DNA of 64,000 bases, taken from Macrostomum lignano. Lineage: Eukaryota. Location of the stretch: assembly GCA_002269645.1 (NCBI GenBank), contig NIVC01000340.1, forward strand, positions 358,087-422,086, read 5' to 3'. Position 1 is the first letter of the stretch, and every line of letters begins with the position of its first letter. The notes under the pieces are model-generated. The model had not been told where the DNA came from. It worked only from the letters and a program-made list of their open reading frames with translations, and searched no databases. This document shows, in pieces, positions 13,390 to 24,406 of this stretch. A program made the position numbers and the translations under genes.

Positions 13390-14020
13390 GGTGAGATTCT
13401 GGAGTCGGGAATATCTAGGGTGTGAGCTTCTATCGCATTAAAAGTAGAACACGAAACCACATGGTTTGAATCAGCTCTGACTTCTTTAGTCACTGGCCTT
13501 CACCCAGTCGGAGCTTTTGAACCTTCAACAGGTGGCACCAGGTGACTATGAAGACCCTGTTAAGGGAGAGATTCTAGGTCTGAGAAATCTCGGGGTGAGA
13601 TTCCAGGCTCTCAGATATCTAGGGTGAGCTTCTAGGGTCTCAGATATCTAGGGGTGAAATTCCAGGGTCTCAGATATCTAGGGGTGAAATTCCAGGGTCT
13701 CAGATATCTAGGGGTGAAATTCCAGGGTCTCAGATATCTAGTGGTGAAATTCCAGGGGCTCAGATATCTAGGGGTGAAATTCCAGGGTCTCAGATATCTA
13801 GGGGTGAAATTCCAGGGTCTCAGATATCTAGGGGTGAAATTTTAGGGTCTCAGATATCTAGTGGTGAAATTCCAGGGTCTCAGATATCTAGGGGTGAAAT
13901 TCCAGGGTCTCAGATATCTAGTGGTGAAATTCCAGGGTCTCAGATATCTAGGGGTAAAATTCCAGGGTCTCAGATATCTAGGGTGAGATTCTAATATCTG
14001 AGATATGAGTGGTCTGATTC
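13390..14020. repeat. 30-bp minisatellite (GGGGTGAAATTCCAGGGTCTCAGATATCTA)n upstream of UBE2J1
   Basis: About 12 good units plus degenerate edges, with ~130 bp of unrelated sequence at ~13430-13560. Confidence 0.92.
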
Positions 14021-14239
14021 TTAGGACTGAAGGTAATGAGATCTAGTGAGGGATAAACCACTCAGTCGAAGATATATTAGTATCAATTATTAAAATAAAA
14101 CTTCGAAAATAAAATTCAAAGATATAAAATGTCTCGGCAATTATTGTTTGTTTGTTAATATTTTATGCAATATATAATTAGAACTTCTGGCATCTGGCAA
14201 AAACTGAAAAAATCCATTAATCTATCCGTTCATTAAAGG

Positions 14240-16128
14240 ATGCACAATTCACGAAATCCTGGTAAGGATTCTTATTACGAATATTTCTACTTACATAAGT
14301 AGTCTGAATTTAATTTCACGTACTAATTAATGATCATGAAAAATATTCTCCAGCCGTTAAGCGACTGATGCGCGAAGCCAAAGACTTGGCCGCGCCTACC
14401 GAGCTGTACTATGCTCAGCCGCTGGAGGACAATCTGTTCGAATGGCATTTCACTATTCGAGGCCCGGTTGACAGCGACTTTGAAGGCGGCGTTTATCACG
14501 GCCGTGTACTGATCCCTGGGGACTATCCAATGAAGCCGCCAAATATTATCCTGCTAACGCCTAATGGTCGATTTGAGATCAATAAAAAGATCTGTCTGAG
14601 CATATCGGGCTATCACCCGGAGACTTGGCGACCGGCCTGGTCGATTCGTACGGCTTTGTTAGCTTTGGTTGGGTGAGCGATACGGGTTGGACTGTTGTTT
14701 CTGAGTGGCTAATAGTGACTGAGTTGTAAGATTATAAGAATAAAAAATAGCTCTAAAAATGCCCTTAACTACCCTGAAAAATCGCCCTCAGCTACCCTCA
14801 GAAATTGCCCTCAACTACTCAGAAGAATCGCCCTGAACTATCCTAAAGAATCGCACTTCAACTACCCTGAAAAATTGCCTTCAACTACCCTGAAAAATCG
14901 CCTTCAACTACCCTGAAAAATCGCCCCAACTACCCTGAAAAATCGCCTTCAACTACCCTGAAAAATCGCCTTCAACTACCCTGAAAAATCGCCTTCAACT
15001 ACCCTGAAAAATCGCCTTCAACTACCCTGAAAAATCGCCCTAACTACCCTGAAAAATCGCCTTCAACTACCCTGAAAAATCGCCTTCAACTACCCTGAAA
15101 AATCGCCCTAACTACCCTGAAAAATCGCCTTCAACTACCCTAAAAAATCGACTTCAACTACCCTGAAAAATCGCCTTCAACTACCCTGAAAAATCGCCTT
15201 CAACTACCCTGAAAAATCGCCTTCAACTACCCTAAAAATCGCCTTCAACTACCCTAAAAATCGCCTTCAACTACCCTAAAAATCGCCTTCAACTACCCTA
15301 AAAATCGCCTTCAACTACCCTAAAAATCGCCTTCAACTACCCTAAAAATCGCCTTCAACTACCCTAAAAATCGCCTTCAACTACCCTAAAAATCGCCTTC
15401 AACTACCCTAAAAATCGCCTTCAACTACCCTAAAAATCGCCTTCAACTACCCTAAAAAATCGCCTCTCCCCAGCTTTATGCCAACGCACGGTCTTGGCGC
15501 AATCGGCGCCCTGGAATATCCGCCGGAAGAGCGGCGCCGTTTGGCGCGTCAATCGCGCGATTGGCGCTGCCCGATCTGCTGCCCGACGCCGGACTCGCCC
15601 AGCCTCGAGTCGCTGCTCAACCCGCTGTCAGACGCATCGGCCAAGGAGACCGAGGAGGCCCGCTCGCTGGCCAAGGAGATCTCCATTGCCGGGGAGAAGC
15701 CGAAAGAATCTGACGATCAGCAGCAGCAGCAGCAAGAGGGTTCTGAGGCCTCTGAGCTGCTTCAACGCTCAGCAGCTTCTGTGCCAGCGAATATCTCGGA
15801 GCCGACGCCGCAGCCAATTCAACCACCGCAGGCGCCGCTGCAGCCGCCAATGTCGTTTCAGGAGTGGCTTGTCCGAATCAAAGGCTTTAGCGAGGCCCGG
15901 GCTAGGCAGCTGGTGGAATCTTCCGAGACCTCGCAGCAGCAGCAGCAGCCGCAGACGGCAAATCGCCCCAATCCCCAAGTAGGCGGATTCTATTCGATTC
16001 TACGCGAAGAATGGACAACTATAGTAGCTTTGATCGGGCTGGCATTGGCCATTGCTGCAATCCTGGCGAGGCGCATGCTGCTGGCTGATGCTGGCGGTTA
16101 TGACACCGCCGATGCCAATGCCTGGTAG
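14240..16128 (+). CDS. UBE2J1: ERAD ubiquitin-conjugating enzyme E2 J1 (Ubc6-type, tail-anchored), ~331 aa: join(14240..14261,14354..14672,15474..16128)
   Basis: PAVKRLMREA..., LEDNLFEWHFTIRGP, catalytic KICLSISGYHPETWRPAWSIRTAL, FMPT...GAIGALEY, and C-terminal TM WTTIVALIGLALAIAAIL. Phases 1 and 2 are consistent across both introns. Confidence 0.95.
14760..15464. repeat. 23/24-bp minisatellite (AAAAATCGCCTTCAACTACCCT[G])n in UBE2J1 intron 2
   Basis: About 28 units running to within ~9 nt of the acceptor. Confidence 0.96.
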
Positions 16129-16194
16129 TGAGCTGCTGCTCATGCTGATAGATTATGCAGTCTGCATCGTTTTAGTATCCTCAGTAACCTCCGC

Positions 16195-16775
16195 TTACTC
16201 CCCCTGGCCTAGCAACCCCGGCTATCTCCCCCTAGCAACCCCTGCTGTCTTCCCTAGCAACCCCGGCTATCTCCCCCTAGCAACCTCAGCTATCTCCCCC
16301 TAGCAACCCCCGCTATCTCCCCCTAGCAATCCCCGCTGTCTCCCCCTAGCAGCCCTCGCTGTCTCCCCCTAGCAACCCCCGCTGTCTCCCCCTAGCAACC
16401 CCCGCTGTCTCCCCCTAGCAATCCCCGCTGTCTCCCCCTAGCAGCCCTCGCTGTCTCCCCCTAGCAACCCCCGCTGTCTCCCCCTAGCAATCCCCGCTAT
16501 CTCCCCCTAGCAGCCCTCGCTGTCCCCCTAGCAACCCCCTCTATCCCCTAGCAACCCCCTCTATCCCCCTAGCAACCCCCGCTGTCTCCCCCTAGCAACC
16601 ACCGCTGTCTTCCCCTAGCAACCCTGGCTATCTCCCCCTAGCTACCCCAATTGTCTCCCCCTAGCAACCCCCGCTGTCTCCTCTAGCAACCCCCGCTGTC
16701 TGGCCCTAGCAACCCTCGCTGTCCCCCTAGCAACACCTGCTGTCTCCCTCCTAGCAACTACCGCTGTCTCCCCGA
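16195..16775. repeat. ~23-bp C-rich minisatellite (CCCCTAGCAACCCCCGCTGTCTC)n, probably in the UBE2J1 3'UTR
   Basis: Tandem units between the stop codon (16128) and an AATAAA at ~16851. Confidence 0.9.
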
Positions 16776-17298
16776 ACAACCCCCAGCTTCTCGATAGCAT
16801 TCTATTATTCAGAAAATCTACCCGAGGCACTAAACTATTTCAACGCTAAATAAATGACACTTTTAATTTACTGCTCAGTTGAAATCGCTTCAGTGGTGTC
16901 GGACTTTTGTTGTGTAAATGCCTGTGCTTTACTGTCCCCATCGCAAGGTCTTTATGTCAATAAAAGATACGTTATTTGGTTTTCTGTCATTATGTGAACT
17001 AATCGAATCTGTTTTGGCCTGATTTCGCGAGTTTCTTTTATTCAGAGTGGAAAAATGTAGTTATTGATTTTTTTATTTTGCTTTGCATATCTGTCATCCT
17101 AAAAAATGTTGTAAAAACCTCTAGTAAGAGTACTCATAGATATTATATAGCCAATATTATACTCAGTACTAAGTTTTTTTCTTTCAATTATACACGTTGC
17201 TATACAAAAGTGTTGATATGGATACCTGTCATTTTCATTTGCATTTTCTATAGACTTCTTTAATTTGTACTGTACGAGCGTATTCCCTCTGCAGTAAC

Positions 17299-17650
17299 AG
17301 CCAGCCTCCCAGAGTGTCAGCTGCTGGGCCAGCCTCCCAGAGTGTCAGTTGCTGGGCCAGCCTCCCAGAGTGTCAGTTGCTAGGCCAGCCTCCCAGATCC
17401 TCAGTTTCTGGACCAGCCTCCCAGATCCCCAGTCGCTGGGCCAGCCAGCCTCCCGGATCCTCAGTTGCTGGGCCTGCCTCCCGGATCCTCAGTTGCTGTG
17501 CCTGCCTCCCACCAGAGTGTCAGTTGCTGCATGGGCCACTCCAAAATTCTCAGTTGCTGGGCCAGCCTCCTAAAGTGTCAGCTGCTGGGCCAGCCAGCTT
17601 CCCAGAGTGTCAGTTGCTGGGCCAGCCTCCCAGTGTCAGTTGCTGGGCCA
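17299..17650. repeat. 28-bp minisatellite (CCTCCCAGA[GTG/TCC]TCAGTTGCTGGGCCAG)n upstream of NMD3
   Basis: Degenerate tandem units; same family as 23040..23711. Confidence 0.92.
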
Positions 17651-17741
17651 CCATAGCAGACTAAGAAAAAGGAAGTTTCAGCACTAAAGCATGCTTCGTG
17701 CTACACCGCATATTGCTGCTTGCAAACGCGCCTTAGTCGCC

Positions 17742-20700
17742 ATGGCAACAGCCTCAGCCCCTGGCCAGATGCAGTGCTGCGAATGCGGCACACTGATCGA
17801 TCCCAACCCCACAGCCTTATGCCTGCCCTGTCTCCGCAATCGGGTTGACATCACCGAGGGCCTCCAGCGCCAGTGCGTGCTGTCCGTGTGTCCGAAGTGC
17901 GCCAGAATTTTGCAGCCGCCGAATCACTGGGTTACCGCCGAGCCCGAGAGTAAAGAGCTGCTGGCGCTGTGCTTGAAACGAATTCGCGGCCTTAATAAGG
18001 TAACGCTAGGCTGCTATCTGTTGTTAATTACAAGTGTAGTTGCTTTCTGGTACAGATTTTCAAGTGTAGAGACAGGCAGAGTCAGAGTAGTAGGCAACCT
18101 GTTAGAAGGGTCTCTGTCAGGTAATTAAATTGTCAGTCAGTGTCTGTGTTAGGGCCAGCCAGTGTCAGACTAGTGTAGTGTCATTGTCAGTGTCAGACTA
18201 GTGTCAGGGTCAGGGTCAGTGTCAGACTAGTGTCAAGGTCAGTGTCAGACTAGTGTCAGGGTCAGGGTCAGTGTCAGACTAGTGTCAGGGTCAGGGTCAG
18301 TGTCAGACTAGTGTCAGGGTCAGTGTCAGACTAGTGTCAGGGTCAGTGTCAGACTAGTGTCATTGTCAGTGTCAGACTAGTGTCAGGGTCGAACTAGTGT
18401 CATGGTCAGTGTCAGACTAGTGTCAGTGTCAGTGTCAGACTAGTGTAGTGTCATTGTCAGTGTCAGACTAGTGTCAGGGTCAGGGTCAGTGTCAGACTAG
18501 TGTCAAGGTCAGTGTCAGACTAGTGTCAGGGTCAGGGTCAGTGTCAGACTAGTGTCAGGGTCAGGGTCAGTGTCAGACTAGTGTCAGGGTCAGTGTCAGA
18601 CTAGTGTCAGGGTCAGTGTCAGACTAGTGTCATTGTCAGTGTCAGACTAGTGTCAGGGTCGAACTAGTGTCATGGTCAGTGTCAGACTAGTGTCAGTGTC
18701 AGTGTCAGACTAGTGTCAGGGTCAGGGTCGAATTAGTGTCAGGGTCAGTGTCAGACTAGTGTCAGGGTCAGGGTCGAATTAGTGTCAGGGTCAGTGTCAG
18801 ACTAGTGTCAGGGTCAGGGTCGAACTAGTGTCAGGGTCATTGTCAGACTAGTGTCATGGTCAGTGTCAGACTAGTGTCAGGGTCAGTGTCAGACTAGTGT
18901 CAGGGTCAGTTTCAGACTAGTGTCATTGTCAGTGTCAGACTAGTGTCCGGGTCAGTATCACACAAGTGTCAGACTAGTGTCAGGGTCAGGGTCGAACTAG
19001 TGTCATTGTCAGTGTCAGTGTCAGACTATTGTCAGTGTCAGTGTCAGACTAGTGTCAGGGTCAGTATCACACTAGTGTCAGGGTAAGTGTCAGGGTCAGT
19101 GTCGAACTAGTGTCATTGTCAGTGTCAGACTAGTGTCAGGGTCAGGGTCGAACTAGTGTCAGGGCCAGTGTCAGACTAGTGTCAGGGTAAGTGTCAGACT
19201 AGTGTCAGGGTCAGTGTCAGCTAATGTGTCGATACTGATCCTTATAGTGAGCATCGATTCAGCCCTAATTACACTGCAGTGAAAGCCCCCAGCAACAGGT
19301 GCCATAGCCAATTGTCCCGCACCTATCAACGCAGGTCCGCCTGGTGGACGCCGGGTTCGTGTGGACCGAGCCGCACTCGCGTCGCCTCCGGGTCCGTGTC
19401 ACCGTCCAAGCCGAAGTTCTCAACGGCGCCATCGCTGAGCAGACCTGCGAGATTGAGTTCACGCTGCAGTCGCACCAGTGTGACCATTGTAACAGGTCGG
19501 CTGCTAGGGACTATTGGCGAGCTCTGGTGCAGCTGAGGCAGCATTCGCCTCATCCTAAGACTCTGCTGTACCTTGAGCAGCTCGTTCTCAAGCATCAGGT
19601 TCGTCTATTTGTCCTACAATATTCTGTAATCCAGTTTCTAGTTTCCCGACATTCTGCAATCCAATCTAGAGAAATTCGGAAATCTAATCTAGGGAAATTC
19701 GGAAATGCAATCTAGGGAAATTCGGAAATGCAATCTAGGGAAATTCGGAAATGCAATCTAGGGAATTCGGAAATGCAATCTAGGGAAATTCGGAAATCCA
19801 GTCTAGGGAAATCCAATCTAGAGAAATCCAATCTAGGGAAATCCATTCTAGGGAAATCCAATCTAGGGAAATCCATTCTAGGGATATCCAATCTGAGGGA
19901 AATCCAATCTATAGAAATCCAATCTAGGGAAATCCAATCTAGGGAAATTCGGAAATCCAATCTAGGGAAATCCAATCTAGGGAAATCCAATCTAGAGAAA
20001 TCCAATCGAGGAAAATCCAATCTAGGAAAATCCAATCTAGGGAAATCCAATCTAGAGAAATCAAATCTAGAGAAATCCAATCTAAAGAAATCCAATCTAG
20101 AGAAATCCAATCTAGAGAAATCCAATCTAGAGAAATCCAATCTAGAGAAATCCAATCTAAAGAAATCCAATCTAGAGAAATCCAATCTAGAGAAATCCAA
20201 TCTAGAGAAATCCAATCTAGAGAAATCCAATCTAGAGAAATCCAATCTAGAGAAATCCAATCTAGAGAAATCCAATCTAGGGAAATCCAATCTAGAGAAA
20301 TCCAATCTAGAGAAATCCAATCTAGGGAAATCCAATCTAGGGAAATCCAATCTAGGGAAATCCATTCTAGGGAAATCCAATCTAGGGAAATCCAATCTAG
20401 AGAAATCCATTCTAGGGAAATCCAATCTAGGGAAATCCAATCTAGAGAAATCCATTCTAGGGAAATCCAATCTAGGGAAATCCAATCAGAAATTCGCAAA
20501 TACTATCACTCTCAGGCCCATCGCGACTGCACCGGCGTCAAGCGCTGCGGCGCCAACGGCCTGGACTTTTTCTTTGCCCAACGCCAAGACGCCAAACGAC
20601 TGGCCGACTTTCTCGCTGCCCATTCGCCGTCGCGCTGCCAAACCTCTGAGACGCTGGTGTCGCACGACACACACTCCAATGTGTTCAACTACAAGTACAC

Positions 20701-22776
20701 ATTCTGCATTGAAGTGGCGCCAATCTGCAAAGATGACGTTGTCTGCCTGCCGCCGCCTGTAGCTAGAAAGCTGAGCTCTGTTGGGCAGTTCTGCGTTGTC
20801 TACCGGGTGACTGACAGGCTGCACCTGGTTGATCCGCGCACCTGCAGGACTGCCGAAGTTACCGGGAAGCAGTTCTGGCAGGCGCCGTTTCAGGTCAGCT
20901 TCTATTGGCGGGGCTCGCGTGGCAGGTGAACTTATGGCATCTGGGAGAGTCACAGATGGGGGTCTGAATGAGAGTCCCTGATGGAGTCTGAATGAGAGTC
21001 ACAGATGGGGGTCTGAATGAGAGTCACAGATGGAGTCTGAATGAGAGTCACAGATGGAGTCTGAATGAGAGTCACAGATTGGGTCTGAATGAGAGTCACA
21101 GATGGGGGTCTGAATGAGAGTCACAGATGGAGTCTGAATGAGAGTCACAGATGGGATCTGAATGAGAGTCACAGATGGGGTCTGAATGAGAGTCACAGAT
21201 GGGGGTCTGAATGAGAGTCACTGATGGGGTCTGAATGAGAGTCACAGACGGGGGTCTGAATGAGAGTCACAGATGGGGTCTGAATGAGAGTCACTGATGG
21301 GGTCTCAATGAGAGTCACAGACGGGGGTCTGAATGAGAGTCACAGATGGGGTCTGAATGAGAGTCACAGATGGGGTCTGAATGAGAGTCACAGATGGGGT
21401 CTGAATGAGAGTCACAGATGGGGTCTGAATGAGAGTCACAGATGGGGATCTGAATGAGAGTCACAGATGGGGTCTGAATGAGAGTCACTGATGGGATCTG
21501 AATGAGAGTCACAGATGGGATCTGAATGAGAGTCACAGATGGGGATCTGAATGAGAGTCACAGATGGGGTCTGAATGAGAGTCACAGATGGGGTCTGAAT
21601 GAGAGTCACTGATGGGGTCTCAATGAGAGTCACAGACGGGGGTCTGAATGAGAGTCACAGATGGGGTCTGAATGAGAGTCACAGATGGGGTCTGAATGAG
21701 AGTCACAGATGGGGTCTGAATGAGAGTCACAGATGGGGTCTGAATGAGAGTCACAGATGGGGATCTGAATGAGAGTCACAGATGGGGTCTGAATGAGAGT
21801 CACTGATGGGATCTGAATGAGAGTCACAGATGGGATCTGAATGAGAGTCACAGATGGGGATCTGAATGAGAGTCACAGATGGGGTCTGAATGAGAGTCAC
21901 TGATGGGATCTGAATGAGAGTCACTGATGGAGTCTGAATGAGAGTCACAGATGGGGTCTGAATGAGAGTCACAGATGGGGTCTGAATGAGAGTCACAGAT
22001 GGGGATCTGAATGAGAGTCACAGATGGGGTCTCAATGAGAGTCACAGATGGGGATCTGAATGAGAGTCACAGATGGGGTCTGAATGAGAGTCACAGATGG
22101 GGTCTCAATGAGAGTCAGGTGAGCTGAACCGAGAGTCTCTAAAAGACGGTCTCCCCCTGCCCTCTACCGATAGGCTCTCCAAGCGAAACTGTCGGACTTC
22201 ACAGTGACCAACTGTGAGCCAATCGAACACCAGCAGCATCAGCAACAACACGCAGCCGCAGGCGGAGGCGGCAGCCGATTTCTCTCCGCCGACGTGTGGC
22301 TGCTGACAGACGCTGACCTGTCCTCTGACGAGGTGCACTGCCGCTCTCACCTGGGCCGCCTGCTGTCCTGCGGCGACACCGCCCGCGGTCTGGACCTGCG
22401 CCGGGCCAATCTGAACCACGCCGAACTGGACCGCCTGGTGGACTCGAAAGTGCCAGACGTTGTCCTAGTCAAAAAGGTGTACGCCTCCAGCCGGCGGAGT
22501 CAGCGGCGTTGGCGCCTGCGTCGACTGGAGGAGGCCGACGTTGACGTTGACGACGACGATAGTGGAGGGCAGGGCGGCGCGGCCTACCAGGAGTTCCTGG
22601 ACGACCTGGAGGAGGACAAGGAACTCCGGCGCGGGGTGAACATCTACAAGGAGCGACTGGCTGCCGCTGCTGCCTCCGCCGCCGTCTCGGCGGGAGATGA
22701 TGGCGCGCCCGAAATCGGGTTGGACGAGATGCTGGACGAACTGAATTTAGACGCCGACGATGCCGCCATGGAGTAG
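17742..22776 (+). CDS. NMD3: 60S ribosomal export adaptor NMD3, ~500 aa: join(17742..17999,19335..19598,20516..20893,22174..22776)
   Basis: CCECG zinc-binding N-terminus, LLALCLKRIRGL|VRLVDAGFVWTEPHSRR, LVSHDTHSNVFNYKYTF, FLDDLEEDKELRRGVNIYK, and C-terminal NES-like LDEMLDELNL. Four phase-0 exons. Confidence 0.96.
18160..19220. repeat. ~17-29 bp modular minisatellite (GTGTCAGACTAGTGTCAGGGTCA)n in NMD3 intron 1
   Basis: Tandem array built from GTGTCA/GGGTCA hexamer modules. Confidence 0.93.
19650..20488. repeat. 15-bp minisatellite (GAAATCCAATCTAG[A/G])n in NMD3 intron 2
   Basis: About 50 units; source of the spurious ORFs 19712/19728/19939. Confidence 0.96.
20948..22118. repeat. 24/25-bp minisatellite (GAGAGTCACAGATGGGGTCTGAAT)n in NMD3 intron 3
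   Basis: About 47 units. Confidence 0.96.
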
Positions 22777-23039
22777 GCGGTTGTACTTTTAGGCAGCGGC
22801 GAGCCTGATTATCTTTAAGACTGCTCCGGGTGTTTGTGTTGAACTGGGAAATTGCTGAAATAAATCCACCAGGCCAGGTCCAGGCCTTGGTAGTTTTCAA
22901 TTGTTTCCATCTTTTGATTTTGTTACCTCCATGGTTTGGAAAATCAGCTGCGAATCGTTGATGATGGGTTCGATTCCTGTTTCATTTTATCTACCTACGC
23001 ATGTATATGCGTATGTATATATAAAGTTGCTGGGCTCTG

Positions 23040-23711
23040 CATTTTCGCCCTCCCAGATCCTCAGTTGCTGGGCCAGCCTCCCAGAGTGTCAATTGCTAGG
23101 CCAGCCTCCCAGATCCTCAGTTGCTAGGCCAGCCTCCCAGATCCTCAGTTGCTAGGCCAGCCTCCCAGAGTGTCAGTTGCTGGGCCAGCCTCTCATATCC
23201 TCAGTTGCTGGGCCGGACCGGCCTCCCAGATCCTCAGTTGCTGGGCCAGCCTCCCAGATCCTCAGTTGCTGGGCCAGCCTCCCAGAGTGTCAGTTGCTAG
23301 GCCAGCCTCCCAGATCCTCAGTTGCTGGGCCAGCCAGCCTCCCAGATCCTCAGTTGCTGGGCCAGCCTCCCAGAGTGTCAGTTGCTAGGCCAGCCTCCCA
23401 GATCCTCAGTTGCTAGGCCAGCCTCCCAGAGTGTCAGTTGCTGGGCCAGCCTCCCAGAGTGTCAGTTGCTGGGCCAGCCTCTCATATCCTCAGTTGCTGG
23501 GCCGGACCGGCCTCCCAGATCCTCAGTTGCTGGGCCAGCCTCCCAGATCCTCAGTTGCTGGGCCAGCCTCCCAGAGTGTCAGTTGCTAGGCCAGCCTCCC
23601 AGATCCTCAGTTGCTAGGCCAGCCTCCCAGAGTGTCAGTTGCTGGGCCAGCCTCCCAGATCCTCAGTTGCTGGGTCAGCCAGCCTCCCAGATCCTCAGTT
23701 GCTGGGCCAGC
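23040..23711. repeat. 28-bp minisatellite, same family and orientation as 17299..17650, downstream of NMD3
   Basis: CCTCCCAGATCCTCAGTTGCTGGGCCAG and CCTCCCAGAGTGTCAGTTGCTAGGCCAG units. Confidence 0.95.
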
Positions 23712-24406
23712 GCCACCTTCACAGATCCTTTCTCGCCCTGCCTACATAATGCATTAGTTGCTTCCAATTGATTGACTCAGTGTTTTTACCCCAGTATAAA
23801 CACGCTTCCACCGTGTGTTTCCGACGCTGAAAATTGAGAAGATAAACAATAATCTTCATCACTTTGGCCGCTAAAAATAGCCAGCTGCTATTTATAGACG
23901 CGCCCGGGTCAGGGTTCACCCATCTTTAATTGAGAGCTGTTTTTGGTCAGCCTGTGGGACAGTTGAAGAAACGTGTTTTCCTTCTCATTATTACGAGAAT
24001 TGTCTTATGTGTACCTGGGAAGCTGAGTCAGCTGTTGCTGCTGTTGCAACTGAAGTAGAAGAAAAACAGAAATACCAGCTACATGTATAGTAAAGGTCGA
24101 CAGCAACCGGCGTTATATATTATTTGTTTTGACTAAAATGGAGTTTATTACTGGAGATTATTATACAAAATGTCAGTGTTGCAAAGTTGGAAGCTACAAC
24201 AAGTGTAAAACGAAATGAGCTACGCAATCAAATGTTGAGAGATGAAGCTGTCATCATGCTACCAAATTATTTACTTACTTAGAATGCAGAAAACTAGTAA
24301 ATAACTATACTTAGGTACAGTGTACAAACGCATAATTTGAGATATTGATTTTATAAATCACAAACTCCAAACGCATCATATTGTCAGTCTATCGGGAGGC
24401 AGTTCT

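Noticed and set aside
12102-13845. Repetitive ORFs (LYFRSLGRFR, IQTLLPVIGE, KFQGLRYLGV)
   Set aside because: Translations of 30-bp non-coding arrays, open simply because the unit length is a multiple of 3.
19712-22045. RLDFS/KSNLE/ISLDW and TLIQTPSV ORFs
   Set aside because: They lie inside NMD3 introns whose removal restores a full-length ~500-aa NMD3.
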